From: Thermodesulfobacteriota bacterium | Lineage (GTDB): Bacteria > Desulfobacterota_D > UBA1144 > Nemesobacterales > UBA2774 | Length of the DNA: 64,000 nt | Direction: 5' to 3' | NCBI GenBank assembly: GCA_965223335.1 | Contig: OZ244991.1 | Coordinates: 256,001 to 320,000, forward strand | In this document: piece by piece, positions 10,885 to 21,487 of the stretch | How positions within the stretch are numbered: the first letter of the stretch is position 1 | Layout of the letters: each line of letters begins with the position of its first letter | The notes under the pieces: model-generated | The model's database searches: none | Told to the model about the DNA's origin: nothing | What the model saw: only the letters and a program-made list of their open reading frames with translations | Position numbers and translations under genes: made by a program

Positions 10885-13299
10885 CTAGCTGAAATTCATG
10901 GGATCAATATCTATCGAGATTCTTGTGTCCGGGGAGTCTTGACGGAGCACTGACACTAGTGATCTAGAAAATTTCCTAGCTACGGAGATGTTTTTTGACT
11001 TTACCAGCAGCTGCCACCTATAACGGTTTTTAATCTTATAAATCGGACTGGGCGAAGGACCAATGAGCTCAATTGTCCCCGCAGGCAGGCCCGAGAGCAT
11101 GGAGGCCGATATTTTTTCCGCCCTCTTGGCAGTCTCTTTTGCGCCCTCTTCTCTCCTGCCGCTCATCTTGATGTTTACAAGCTTGGAAAACGGTGGGTAA
11201 TCGAGCTGGTTTCTTAGTTCAGTTTCGTTCTTGAGAAACGAAGCGCTGTCCTGATTAATGGCGTATTTAATACTCGGGTGCTCGGGGTTATATGTTTGCA
11301 CTATCACATTGCCCCCAACCCTGCCCCTACCCGATCTCCCAGCCACCTGTGTTATAAGCTGGAAAGTACGCTCTCCGGACCTAAAGTCAGGGATGCCGAG
11401 TGATTGATCCGCCGAGAGCACCCCAACCAATGTAACCCCGGGCAGGTCGTGCCCCTTGGCAACCATCTGTGTACCAATCAACACATCTATCTCGTTTGCT
11501 TCAAGGCGTTTATACAAACTAAGGAGCTTCTGCTTGCCCGACACCGTGTCCCTATCCATGCGTGCCACTCTTGCATCGGGCAGTATTTTTTTCAACTCTT
11601 CTTCTACCCTCTGCGTACCGAGTCCAATCCCCCTCATCCGCCCGCCGCACTCCCGACACTTGGCAGCCGGGGGCTCTCTAAGCCCGCAATAGTGGCAGCG
11701 CACGGTGTTGTCGTCTCTATGATATGTAAGTTTTATGCTGCAGTTTGGGCATGTAAGCATCTGTCCGCATTGGGAGCATAGTAACAGAGACGAATAGCCC
11801 CTACGGTTAATAAACAGTATCGTTTGATGACCGTCCTCATAGTTCTGCTTTATAGCATCGAGGAGAGTGTCTGAGAATAACTCCCTCTCCTTCCCCCTCA
11901 TATCGGCAATGTTGACCTTAGGCAGCGTGGTGTCCCCGATCCTAAGAGGCAGTGAAAGGTAATTAAATTTCTTTTTCCTAGCATTATTATAGGATTCCAC
12001 AGACGGCGTGGCCGAACCCAGAACTACAACCGACTCGGTCATCTTACCCAACACAAGGGCCAGGTCCCTGGCGTTATACGACGGTGTTTCGTCCTGCTTG
12101 TAAGTGCTCTCATGCTCCTCGTCCACAACTATGATTCCTATATTTTTAAACGGAGCAAAAATAGCAGACCTGGCACCTATGATAATCTTTACCTCTCCGC
12201 TGCCTGCCCTCCGCCATGCATCGAACCGCTCCCCCTCGCTCAATCCGCTATGTATAACAGCTACATCCGCACCAAAGCGGCCCTTTAGCCTGCTTACAAG
12301 CTGGGGGGTAAGAGAGATTTCAGGCACAAGGAATATAGCTTCTTTGTTATTAGCTATTACTTGCGCAATCGCCCTCATATATACCTCTGTCTTCCCACTG
12401 CCGGTTACCCCGTGGAGTAAAAATGGAGCGAATTCCGCAGTTTCAATTGCAGCACTTATCTTCTCAGATGCTATGCGCTGGTCTACTGTAAGATCGGGTG
12501 GTTCAGACTGCGACCCCACTATTGCGGCAAAAGGGTCCCTAACCACCTCTTCAAGCTCTATGTCTACAAACCCTTTACTCTCTAGCCATTTAATATGTTC
12601 TCCAACACCCCCAAAGAGCTCCTTTAGGTGTGGATAGGGCACGCGTTTATGCTCCGCGACATATTCGAAAATGCGATTTTTTGCCGGTTTCCTCCGAATC
12701 TCTGCACCGCGTTCATCCGGCCCTCCTCTAGTTACTATCACCCTTTCGTACTGTATTTTCGGGTCCGACTTAAACTCGTAGTTAAACTCCAAGAACCCCC
12801 TTCGTCCAAGCGAGTATAAAAGCTGGTGAGAGGTGTTGTCTACCAAGTTAAGCAGTTTCTGAGTGGTGATCACACCCGAGTTTTTTAGTGTGTTTAAGAC
12901 ACGGCCCTCATGACCACTTACGTTACCGCTTTGGGCTGCCTCGAGTCCGCTATCGGTGATATTCACTGTGTTTTTTAGGCCTAGTGTTAGCCCCCCAGGA
13001 TGCGAGGCCTTTAACACAAGGCCGAGTGAGGCAACGTAGTACTCGGAAATCCAACGAAAAAATCTGAGCCTTTTCGAATCAAAGAGCGGTGTATCGTCAA
13101 TGATATCAATAACTTCCCTAAGCTCCATATCCCCTGGGGCCTTGTCTACACCTACAATAAAGCCCAGTGCCCTGCGGTTTCGAAACGGCACCACTACCCT
13201 CTTGCCGATCTCTACTCCGTCTTGTAACTCTGCGGGGACACTGTAATAAAACGCATCGGTTGTAGGGATTGGGATAGCTACGCTGATTGTTTCACTCAT
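10885..13299 (-). CDS. priA: Primosomal protein N'
   Basis: GVTGSGKTEVY, DEEH, SATPS, CxxC zinc motifs, IGTQMVAKGHD, QVAGRSGR. Confidence 0.97.
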   Translation of the reverse strand: MSETISVAIPIPTTDAFYYSVPAELQDGVEIGKRVVVPFRNRRALGFIVGVDKAPGDMELREVIDIIDDTPLFDSKRLRFFRWISEYYVASLGLVLKASHPGGLTLGLKNTVNITDSGLEAAQSGNVSGHEGRVLNTLKNSGVITTQKLLNLVDNTSHQLLYSLGRRGFLEFNYEFKSDPKIQYERVIVTRGGPDERGAEIRRKPAKNRIFEYVAEHKRVPYPHLKELFGGVGEHIKWLESKGFVDIELEEVVRDPFAAIVGSQSEPPDLTVDQRIASEKISAAIETAEFAPFLLHGVTGSGKTEVYMRAIAQVIANNKEAIFLVPEISLTPQLVSRLKGRFGADVAVIHSGLSEGERFDAWRRAGSGEVKIIIGARSAIFAPFKNIGIIVVDEEHESTYKQDETPSYNARDLALVLGKMTESVVVLGSATPSVESYNNARKKKFNYLSLPLRIGDTTLPKVNIADMRGKERELFSDTLLDAIKQNYEDGHQTILFINRRGYSSLLLCSQCGQMLTCPNCSIKLTYHRDDNTVRCHYCGLREPPAAKCRECGGRMRGIGLGTQRVEEELKKILPDARVARMDRDTVSGKQKLLSLYKRLEANEIDVLIGTQMVAKGHDLPGVTLVGVLSADQSLGIPDFRSGERTFQLITQVAGRSGRGRVGGNVIVQTYNPEHPSIKYAINQDSASFLKNETELRNQLDYPPFSKLVNIKMSGRREEGAKETAKRAEKISASMLSGLPAGTIELIGPSPSPIYKIKNRYRWQLLVKSKNISVARKFSRSLVSVLRQDSPDTRISIDIDPMNFS

Positions 13300-13391
13300 C
13301 TATATTTTTGAGAGTCTAATCGTTTTTATTAGTTCTAGCAAACAGGACTGATTTAGTTTGGCTTTGGGTTATAAATATCTAATGTTAAATA

Positions 13392-13405
13392 TTAGTTGCA
13401 TCTAA
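13392..13405. promoter_or_regulatory. Possible DtxR/MntR-type operator TTAGTTGCATCTAA
   Basis: TTAG-N6-CTAA, 12/14 identical to the site at 19145. Lies in the divergent priA/TPR intergenic region. Confidence 0.35.
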
Positions 13406-13563
13406 ATTCGTATCCCCGTTTATTTTCAATTGTGGCTTTGGAGCCTGCGAAAATCCTGTCTAAAGAACCTTGAATGTTCCGTATTCTTGATTACCGGTGG
13501 AAATAGTGTTGACAACATGTGTGTCAGCAAATATCATGTATAAAAATATAGCGTGCAACCGAT

Positions 13564-14430
13564 ATGGGAAGACTGGAACGACATCTGAGCAAAGCCGATG
13601 ATTTTAAGGAGGTCGGTCGATTTGACGAGGCTCTGCAGGAACTGGGTAAAGCCCTAAAATTAGCCCCTCATGACCCCGATGTCCATCTTTCCTTCGCCCT
13701 CACATACGATGCGATGGAGGAGTTCCATAAGTCTGTAGAGTACTTTCAAAAAGCTCTCGATATTAACCCGGATGATTATTACCTATGGACCCAGTTCGGC
13801 ATCACACTGTCTAGGATGGGAAAACCCCACGATGCCGAGGTCTCGTTCAGACAAGCACTCTCTATCAACAGTGACTACCCCCCGGCCAAGTGGAACCTGG
13901 GACTAATATACAGGACAATGGGTCTTTACGAAGATGCGCTTTCATTATTTAAAGAATGTACACCGGTGATTGACGAATACGATTATATGAAAGACGAAAT
14001 CTTCTACCAGCTCGGTTCTTGCTACTTTGATATGGGCTGGACCAAAGAGGCACTGGGAGAGTTCTCCCGACACATAGAGCTTTACCCGGATGACACATGG
14101 ACAGAGCTCTCTATAGGCAACTGCTATTTTGATATGGGCTGGGTCGATGAGTCCACAGAACAATACAAATCAATTATCGGCAAACAACCCCACTTTATCC
14201 CGGCCTATAATTCTTTAGCGCTGTCGTTAGCAGAAAAGGGCTGGTATGACGAAGCCCAAGACGTACTCAGAACCGCTCTTAAGCTTGCACCTGATGACGA
14301 GTCGCTTAGAGACAGTCTCGATTACATAGACTCGCTTAAAGATGACGACGACGGTTTTAAGGGACTGCTTATGATAAAGGTTGTTTTGTATCTACTTAAA
14401 AAACAGCAGGAAAACCCCAAAAACAGTTAA
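13564..14430 (+). CDS. Tetratricopeptide repeat protein
   Basis: Multiple TPR consensus units (e.g. FQKALDINPDD, FRQALSINSDY, ALKLAPDD). Confidence 0.88.
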   Translation: MGRLERHLSKADDFKEVGRFDEALQELGKALKLAPHDPDVHLSFALTYDAMEEFHKSVEYFQKALDINPDDYYLWTQFGITLSRMGKPHDAEVSFRQALSINSDYPPAKWNLGLIYRTMGLYEDALSLFKECTPVIDEYDYMKDEIFYQLGSCYFDMGWTKEALGEFSRHIELYPDDTWTELSIGNCYFDMGWVDESTEQYKSIIGKQPHFIPAYNSLALSLAEKGWYDEAQDVLRTALKLAPDDESLRDSLDYIDSLKDDDDGFKGLLMIKVVLYLLKKQQENPKNS

Positions 14431-14445
14431 TCCCCAAGCCCGTTA

Positions 14446-15555
14446 CTAATCTATAAATGACTGCCGGGCAAAATCCCGTCCATGATCAGTCAGGTACAAG
14501 TGCCCGTTTTCTACAAGCAGATACCCTAACCTTTCGGAACTGGACACAATCCGCCTACCAAACTCGGGGTCAGAGAATAGAGTCTCTTCCAAGTGCTCAA
14601 TACCCGATTCTCTTTCTTCGTCCCTACCACCTTCGTGGTTTAGAAGATGGATCGCAAGCATCTTTTGGGCAAATTCCCATTTCTGCCTCGACCTTCGTAA
14701 AATAGTTGCCACCACTCCCCTGTCCGGTGCCAAAATATATACAAGAACAAATATCACACCCGACAGAGTAGCCATCGAGCCCGCTATATTGGCGTCTAAT
14801 AGATACGCAACCCAATACCCCGTCACAGCGCTCAGAACCCCGATCATACAACTCAGCACAATCATGTAATGCAGCCGGTCGGTAAGCAGGTATGCGGCCG
14901 CCGGTGGTGCGATCATAAGAGCCACAACCAGTATCGAGCCCACAGCATCAAAAGCTCCCACCGCTGTGACCGAAACCAACGACATGAGCCCGTAGTGTAT
15001 TAACCAGGGCGAGAAACCCAGTGCCGCAGCCAAACCCGCATCGAATGTTGCAATCTTAAGCTCTTTATAAAACAGCGTAATGAACACCAGGTTGAGCAAC
15101 AGTATCGAGCCCATAACGTAAAGGGACTTGGGCCCTATATCGTAGCCGCTTATGACCAACCGATCGAATGGTGCAAAGGCAAGCTCGCCGAGCAGTACGG
15201 CATGCACATCCAGGTGGATATTCCATGCGTATCTCGAAATCAGCAACACCCCAAGACTAAAGAGCACCGGGAACACAAGCCCTATAGACGCATCCTCCCT
15301 CACAAGCCCTGTCCTATTGATAAGCTCTACCAGACTCACTGTGAGCACTCCGCTTAGCGCCGCACCCACAATGAGTATCGGTGACGATATGTCCTCGACT
15401 ATAAAAAAGGCCAGCACTATCCCTAGCAATATCGAATGGCTTATTGCGTCGCTCATCATAGCCATACGTCTAAGTACCAAAAACACCCCGGGTATGGCAC
15501 ATGTAAGTGCCACAACAGACGCAATCAACAGGATCTCTATCTGTTCGACGCTCAT
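14446..15555 (-). CDS. Mn/Zn/Fe ABC transporter permease (MntD/TroD-like) with soluble C-terminal extension
   Basis: GVFLVLRRMAMMSDAISHS, HLDVHAVLLGE, AFDAVGSILVV. It is the last gene of the ABC operon. Confidence 0.92.
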   Translation of the reverse strand: MSVEQIEILLIASVVALTCAIPGVFLVLRRMAMMSDAISHSILLGIVLAFFIVEDISSPILIVGAALSGVLTVSLVELINRTGLVREDASIGLVFPVLFSLGVLLISRYAWNIHLDVHAVLLGELAFAPFDRLVISGYDIGPKSLYVMGSILLLNLVFITLFYKELKIATFDAGLAAALGFSPWLIHYGLMSLVSVTAVGAFDAVGSILVVALMIAPPAAAYLLTDRLHYMIVLSCMIGVLSAVTGYWVAYLLDANIAGSMATLSGVIFVLVYILAPDRGVVATILRRSRQKWEFAQKMLAIHLLNHEGGRDEERESGIEHLEETLFSDPEFGRRIVSSSERLGYLLVENGHLYLTDHGRDFARQSFID

Positions 15556-16697
15556 GGACGAACTCCCCTGGCGGCCCTCAATCTGAGCGCCTCTTTAATC
15601 CCTGATGATGTGAGTGCCCATTTATCGCGGTTTACGCGTTTTACATAGCCCCTGGACTCAAGCTCCCTTAAGTTTCTACTTATTCCTCCCCTATTTGTGC
15701 CCATGAGCTTTAGCACCGAGCTCTCATGTGCGTGTTCCATGTCCTTGTGTTCGAGTGCCAGGGTGTAGAGATCCTCCAATATGACGTCCAAGCGCAGTTT
15801 GCTCCTGTTTTTATAGTCCTCTATTTTGCTCCAGATAATCCCTCTACGGGGTGCAAACAGCATCGATATCAGTACCAAGGCGCTTAGGCAGAGCACAATA
15901 GTCGGACCTGTCGGGACTCGTGGGACGGTGCTGCTTATAACTGCCCCGCTCACTCCTCCGACTGCACCAAAAAAGCCCGAGAGCGTGACCATTTTACCCA
16001 GGTTATCCGTCCATTGCCGGGCTGCAGCCCCGGGGGCTACTATCATAGCACTCATAAGCACCACACCCACGGTCTGAAGCCCAAGCACTATGGCCAATAC
16101 AATCAGAGTTGTAAGCAGTATATCGAGCGTCCTCATCGGAAACCCCACTGTGGCGCCGAACTCGGGATCAAAGCTTAGCAGTTTAAACTCCTTCCAGAAC
16201 GAAAACACCAAAACCAGCGCTATAGAGCCGAGTATTGCCATGCTGATCACATCGCTCATCAAAAGCGCGGCGGCCTGTCCAAATAGGAACTTGTCTAGCC
16301 CGGCCTGTGTGGCATCGGGCTTTTTCTGTATGATTGTGAGCAACACAAGTCCGAAACCGAAAAATACAGAGAGCACCATCCCGAGTGCGCTATCGTATTT
16401 AATCCTGGTCCAACCCACTATGTTCATGATAAATAGTGTGGCAATCCAGCCCGATATCCCGGCCCCCAGTATCAGCACCAATGTATCCTTGCTGCCCGTA
16501 AGCAGGTATGCAATCGCTATACCCGGCAGTGCGGCGTGCGACATGGCATCGCCTAGGAGACTCTGGCGGCGAAGCACCGCATAGGCACCCAGAGTACCGC
16601 TCACTATACCAAGTACAAGCGAGCCGAGCGCTACTGTTCTTAGTGTGTAGTCCGATAGTAGATTTTGTATCAGTTCCGGGATGTCCACATCAAGCAC
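15552..16697 (-). CDS. Mn/Zn/Fe ABC transporter permease (MntC/TroC-like) with C-terminal DtxR-like winged-helix extension
   Basis: [30 protein letters not shown]-terminal [10 protein letters not shown]...WALTSSG. Confidence 0.92.
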   Translation of the reverse strand: MLDVDIPELIQNLLSDYTLRTVALGSLVLGIVSGTLGAYAVLRRQSLLGDAMSHAALPGIAIAYLLTGSKDTLVLILGAGISGWIATLFIMNIVGWTRIKYDSALGMVLSVFFGFGLVLLTIIQKKPDATQAGLDKFLFGQAAALLMSDVISMAILGSIALVLVFSFWKEFKLLSFDPEFGATVGFPMRTLDILLTTLIVLAIVLGLQTVGVVLMSAMIVAPGAAARQWTDNLGKMVTLSGFFGAVGGVSGAVISSTVPRVPTGPTIVLCLSALVLISMLFAPRRGIIWSKIEDYKNRSKLRLDVILEDLYTLALEHKDMEHAHESSVLKLMGTNRGGISRNLRELESRGYVKRVNRDKWALTSSGIKEALRLRAARGVRP

Positions 16698-17484
16698 CCC
16701 TTAGGAAACGTGCATCGTCATCATGGTCGCTTTGCGGATCCTCCTGAGAGGACGTCATAAACGCTACCCTACCGCCGTATGTCAGCCTTAGGTTCTCTTC
16801 GTTAAACACATCACTAACGGGACCACTGGCTAAGATTCGTACATTAAGCAATGTGACCCAGTCAAAGTATTCCGGCACGGTCTGGAGATCGTGGTGCACC
16901 ACAACAACTGTACGTCCCTGTTCCCTTAGTTCCTGAAGCAGTGTGATAATGGCTTTTTCTGTGGTAGCGTCCACCCCCTGAAACGGCTCGTCCATAAGGT
17001 AAACCTGGGCGTCCTGTACGAGTGCACGAGCCAAAAAGACTCTCTGCTGCTGCCCGCCCGAAAGCTGGCTTATCTGGCGCTCTGCATAGTCCGACATTCC
17101 TACTTTTTGCAATGCAGACATAGCCATCTCATTTTCCTTCTGTCTTGGTCGCTTAATCCATCCCAGCGTGCCGTATCTACCCATTTTTACCACGTCCAAC
17201 ACGCTTGTAGGGAAGTCCCAATCAACGCTACCTCTCTGTGGCACATAACCTACGAGCTTCCTTTGGCTCTCATAGGACTCACCGTATATCAATATCTTTC
17301 CTGCGGTGATTTTCACAAGTCCAAGTATTGACTTGATCAATGTCGTTTTACCGGCCCCGTTTGGCCCCACTATTGCCATCAGCACCCCGGGGGGTACATT
17401 GAGGTCAATATCCCAAAGCACAGGGTTTTCACGGTATGCTACCGTTAGGTCCTCAACATCTATAGCATTCTGAATCTCACTCAT
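16690..17484 (-). CDS. Mn/Zn/Fe ABC transporter ATP-binding protein (MntB/TroB-like)
   Basis: [40 protein letters not shown]. Start taken at MSEIQ. Confidence 0.93.
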   Translation of the reverse strand: MSEIQNAIDVEDLTVAYRENPVLWDIDLNVPPGVLMAIVGPNGAGKTTLIKSILGLVKITAGKILIYGESYESQRKLVGYVPQRGSVDWDFPTSVLDVVKMGRYGTLGWIKRPRQKENEMAMSALQKVGMSDYAERQISQLSGGQQQRVFLARALVQDAQVYLMDEPFQGVDATTEKAIITLLQELREQGRTVVVVHHDLQTVPEYFDWVTLLNVRILASGPVSDVFNEENLRLTYGGRVAFMTSSQEDPQSDHDDDARFLRGA

Positions 17485-17494
17485 ATCCGAACCT

Positions 17495-18448
17495 CTAAGA
17501 AGAATCCCCCGAACCTTTAAGGGCATTCACGATTGTATCTATGTTGTGGCGTACCATGCCCACGTATGTACCCTCAGGAGTACCGGGGTTACCCATAGCG
17601 TCCGAGAAGAGCTCCCCACCGACCTCGACCTTATACCCTTTGGAATTTACCGCTGCTTTCACAGCCTCTATATACCTCGGGGGCACAGACGACTCCACAA
17701 ATATCGCTGGTATCTTTCTATCCACGATTACAGTTGCAAGCCTCTTTACATCCGCAGCACCTGCTTCCGAGTCAGTGCTTATGCCCTGTAGTCCCAAGAC
17801 CTCGAACCCATAGCCCCGCCCGAAATAGTTAAATGCATCATGGGCCGTGATCAGCACTCTCTTGTCCTTGGGCAAGCTTTCGGCACGCTCTTTAACATAA
17901 CCGTCGAGCTCAACTAGTTTGTTTGAGTATATCTCTGCGTTGTTGTTGTAGTAATCCGCACTACCGGGATCGATTTCGACCAGTTTGTCCTTAACCGCAC
18001 CCACAGCATTTAGCCACAACTTAACATCGAACCACACGTGTGGGTCATAGTTCCCAGCAAATTCCGGGGGAGCCATTAGCTCGGAACGATCAATGACATC
18101 TGTGACCGCAACGGTATCGATCCCGCGCTTATTCATTTGCTCAAACACCTCGGCCATCTTACCCTCAAGGTGTAGACCGTTATAAAATATCAGGTCCGAG
18201 TCTGATAACAGAGCTACATCCCCCGCACTAGCTTTGTATAGATGGGGGTCGACACCGGGACCCATGAGCCCCTTGGTCACGACTCTCTTACCCCCAATGT
18301 TCTGCGCAATGTCGGTGATCATTCCAGTGGTAGCAACTATATTTATAGCTCTACTCGACAGGTCAGTATCCCTTTTCTGTTGCTGCGAACAGGCGAGCAA
18401 TGATGCAATGAGTATGGTGAATATGGTTACTTGGATTATCTTTGTCAT
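17495..18448 (-). CDS. Mn/Zn/Fe ABC substrate-binding lipoprotein (MntA/TroA-like)
   Basis: Lipobox LLAC, GVDPHLY, GLHLEG, DPHVWFD, TAHDAF, LFSDAMG. Confidence 0.94.
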   Translation of the reverse strand: MTKIIQVTIFTILIASLLACSQQQKRDTDLSSRAINIVATTGMITDIAQNIGGKRVVTKGLMGPGVDPHLYKASAGDVALLSDSDLIFYNGLHLEGKMAEVFEQMNKRGIDTVAVTDVIDRSELMAPPEFAGNYDPHVWFDVKLWLNAVGAVKDKLVEIDPGSADYYNNNAEIYSNKLVELDGYVKERAESLPKDKRVLITAHDAFNYFGRGYGFEVLGLQGISTDSEAGAADVKRLATVIVDRKIPAIFVESSVPPRYIEAVKAAVNSKGYKVEVGGELFSDAMGNPGTPEGTYVGMVRHNIDTIVNALKGSGDSS

Positions 18449-19122
18449 GATGCCTCTCTCCGAACTGTTTCTATGTCTGTGAGCTTTATATACTTAGCAG
18501 CTTCTGGGCCCAGTATGTGCCTGTCCCCGTTCACTCCAATTGTAATCGGCCCGTTAAATGGTTCAACCTCTATAACCTCTATCCTTGTTTGTGGGTATAG
18601 CCCCATCTTCCCAATGTATCTGAGCAGGTTGGGGTCGTGGTCGCTTACCTCGGCTACTATGCCGGATTGACCTGCGCTAAGCTCTGTAAGAGCTACGGTT
18701 TCAATCTCAGCCATGGTGCCGTCACGGCTTGGGATCGGGGAACCGTGCGGGTCGCGCGTTGGGTACCCGAGCACCCTGTCCATACGGTTCTCCAAGTCCT
18801 CAGATAACACGTGCTCCCATTTCTCAGCCTCTTCATGGACCTGGTCCCAGGGCACTCCGAGTGCCTCGGCCAAATATAGCTCAATCAGCCTGTGGTGGCG
18901 TATGATCTCAAGTGCTATTTTCTCACCAGCTTTTGTTAGTTTCACACCCTGATATTTTTTATGGGTAATAAGTTTTTTGGCCGAGAGCTTTTTTATCATA
19001 CTGGTTACAGATGCCGGTGCGACATTGAGCTTTTCCGAAATTGCATTCGTCGTAACACGCACGTTTGATTTTTGAATATCGAAAATTGCTTTTAAATAAT
19101 CCTCTATAGATTGTGTATACAT
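18445..19122 (-). CDS. mntR: DtxR/MntR family metal-dependent repressor with FeoA domain
   Basis: EDYLKAI, ASVTSMIKKL, RHHRLIELYL, HEEAEKWEH, DPHGSPIP, C-terminal FeoA/SH3 domain. First gene of the operon. Confidence 0.9.
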   Translation of the reverse strand: MYTQSIEDYLKAIFDIQKSNVRVTTNAISEKLNVAPASVTSMIKKLSAKKLITHKKYQGVKLTKAGEKIALEIIRHHRLIELYLAEALGVPWDQVHEEAEKWEHVLSEDLENRMDRVLGYPTRDPHGSPIPSRDGTMAEIETVALTELSAGQSGIVAEVSDHDPNLLRYIGKMGLYPQTRIEVIEVEPFNGPITIGVNGDRHILGPEAAKYIKLTDIETVRREAS

Positions 19123-19144
19123 TTAAGAACCTCTAAACCCATAA

Positions 19145-19158
19145 TTAGATACATCTAA
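19145..19158. promoter_or_regulatory. DtxR/MntR-type operator TTAGATACATCTAA
   Basis: Near-perfect palindrome ~23 bp upstream of the mntR start, matching the TTAG-N6-CTAA DtxR-family pattern. Confidence 0.75.
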
Positions 19159-19200
19159 AACTATAAAGTGCGCTCTAAAGTATGTCAACAAATCAAATTA

Positions 19201-20025
19201 TTAAAACGAAAAAGTAAAGGCTGCCGTGAATATCAACTCATCATCAGTGCCTCGAGTATAAACATCTTTGGTGACACCCAATATAATAGTCATCCAGTCG
19301 GTAGCATTCGCTGTAAATCCACCTGTGATTTTTACAATCTTAATATTTTCTTCATCCTCTGGGTCCTCATATCCATACGCTGCTTCAACCACCGGTTGCA
19401 GCCAATCGGTGATGTAAAAACCAAACCCCACTTCACTTATAAAAGTCCATGCATTATCTTCCAGGATCCCAAACACAGCATCTACATCCATAGAGAACCT
19501 TTCAGTAATGTTAGTTGTCAAAATAAGTCCTCCAGGCTCAATTAACCAGGGTATGTTATCGCTCACAGGGATCGATATACCAGCCTGATATGCTAATGAA
19601 AACGGGATGTTATCACTCTGATCAAATAGTCTCAGCTTTAAACCGGCTTGAATATCACCGAAATCCGTAGAGGATTGAATAATGTCGGAATCCTCAAAGC
19701 TCAAATAGTTTACGGATACTCCAAATTCTGTATTTTCTAAGAGTCCATAGGTAATTCTGACCCCGCCTCCGAACAGCTTTGAATTGTCATTGTCGTCCAC
19801 GATGTTAAAGACAAAAAAAGGCTCGAACTCGAATCTTTTATAGGGCACGGTATCTGTGCTTGGAACTATAACTTTGGAGTTTGATATGCCCCCTACAGCA
19901 TGCGCCGAGTGTGAAGCCAAGGTGAAAATAAAAAAAACAGATATTGATATATACAACAAGGTTGATCCTATACGGGAACATCGTATATATAAAAGATCAG
20001 TTATAGAAATCCTACAATTCAGCAT
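19201..20025 (-). CDS. Putative outer-membrane beta-barrel transporter
   Basis: Signal peptide ending ASHSAHA, FGDIQAGLKLRL motif typical of small MetA-pathway-type barrels, amphipathic strands, C-terminal FTFSF. Confidence 0.7.
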   Translation of the reverse strand: MLNCRISITDLLYIRCSRIGSTLLYISISVFFIFTLASHSAHAVGGISNSKVIVPSTDTVPYKRFEFEPFFVFNIVDDNDNSKLFGGGVRITYGLLENTEFGVSVNYLSFEDSDIIQSSTDFGDIQAGLKLRLFDQSDNIPFSLAYQAGISIPVSDNIPWLIEPGGLILTTNITERFSMDVDAVFGILEDNAWTFISEVGFGFYITDWLQPVVEAAYGYEDPEDEENIKIVKITGGFTANATDWMTIILGVTKDVYTRGTDDELIFTAAFTFSF

Positions 20026-20056
20026 ATACAGCCCGCCCTTTTTAGAGAAACATAAC

Positions 20057-20084
20057 TTATAATTTAGACTTGTCTAAATTATAA
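20057..20084. promoter_or_regulatory. DtxR/MntR-type operator with extended palindrome
   Basis: TTATAATTTAGAC-TT-GTCTAAATTATAA, a perfect 13-bp inverted repeat with core TTAGACTTGTCTAA, upstream of the beta-barrel gene. Confidence 0.75.
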
Positions 20085-20154
20085 TATACGCAAAGACTGT
20101 GTCAATATGCTACCGCAAGATTATTGGTTATTCAAGGAATATTGGGACAGGGTT

Positions 20155-21222
20155 CTATGAGTGTTCCGGATCCAGATACTCACCCCTATATATATCTATA
20201 AAACTCATTAACACAACTAAGAGTACAGGGCCTAGGATTATACCCGAGAACCCGAACACTCCGAGACTGCCTAGAATGCTAAGGAACAAAAATAGTGTTG
20301 GGACTTTAACCCTGCCCCCAATTATAAGAGGTTTAAGAAAGTTATCTACGGAGCTCACAACTAACCCACCCAGCAATAGTAGAGCTATACCCTTATAGGT
20401 AGCACCTGTAGCCAGGAAATATATGCCCACTGGTAACCACACAAAAACCGCACCCCCAACGGGCAACAATGAAAACACAAATGTTAATACACCCGCCAAC
20501 ACACCATATGAGATTCCCAAGATCCAGAAGGTTAGACCCATCAGCACTCCCTGGACAGCTGCTGTTACCATAACCCCGAGTATCACAGCATTAAGAACGT
20601 CATAGAATTTCTTAAAAATTTTATCTTTCTGCTCAAGCTTCATGGGGATAAGATACTTGAGCTTTGCAAGCATTATTTTGCCGTCACGGAAAAAGAAAAA
20701 AACTGCAAAAATCATTATGGCAAAATCAATTATTAAACCGGTTAGGTTCTCGGCAAGGCTCTGTATCTCTGCCAATGCATACCCGCTTATTGTGCCCAAG
20801 CTCTTTATTACTATGTCGTGGGGTGTAAGGTCGCCGGTATCAAACTTCTTTTCCAGTTGTTCAAATATCGAGACTGGTATAACTGCCTTTATTTTATTGA
20901 AAAACGACTCCAATGAGGACACCTCTATCTTGTTTTGCAGACTTTGATATATATCGAATATATCAACAGCAAGCACAGCAAAAACAAGCAATAGAGGCAA
21001 AACGATCAGAAAAGTAGAAAGGAAAGTCATGATTAGTGAAGCAATACCAGTCCTGTGCTTCAAAACATTGCTTAATTTCTCATACACTGGATAGAGCAAT
21101 AGCACCAATATCCCGGCCCAAAACAACGAGAGCAAAAACGGGCTCAGTATTCTATAGAACTGATAGATCAGGAAAAGGAATAACGCTATGAAGAACCAGG
21201 AAAACACCTGATTTTTAGTCAT
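20155..21222 (-). CDS. AI-2E family transporter
   Basis: FFFFRDG, LLPVGGAVFVWLP, VDNFLKPLIIG, GIILGP. Confidence 0.92.
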   Translation of the reverse strand: MTKNQVFSWFFIALFLFLIYQFYRILSPFLLSLFWAGILVLLLYPVYEKLSNVLKHRTGIASLIMTFLSTFLIVLPLLLVFAVLAVDIFDIYQSLQNKIEVSSLESFFNKIKAVIPVSIFEQLEKKFDTGDLTPHDIVIKSLGTISGYALAEIQSLAENLTGLIIDFAIMIFAVFFFFRDGKIMLAKLKYLIPMKLEQKDKIFKKFYDVLNAVILGVMVTAAVQGVLMGLTFWILGISYGVLAGVLTFVFSLLPVGGAVFVWLPVGIYFLATGATYKGIALLLLGGLVVSSVDNFLKPLIIGGRVKVPTLFLFLSILGSLGVFGFSGIILGPVLLVVLMSFIDIYRGEYLDPEHS

Positions 21223-21487
21223 ACCTCAGTCCTCTTATATACCCTTTATTCTCGACAAAGCTTAAGCCTAATAGCAATTGTTTATCGAGAAATCATTGTA
21301 ATTGGTAAAGAAACTTATGTCTACAAACCCACACAAGTTAGCTGCATACCCACCAGGTGATACCAAATTATGTGAACTTATATATAATATTGTCCACTTT
21401 TACAAACTTCTTGGGACATAGTTTAAAAACAGGTCGTATACTTAGAACTATATTTCATATCCCATAGTACGCATAAATGGCCGCCGT

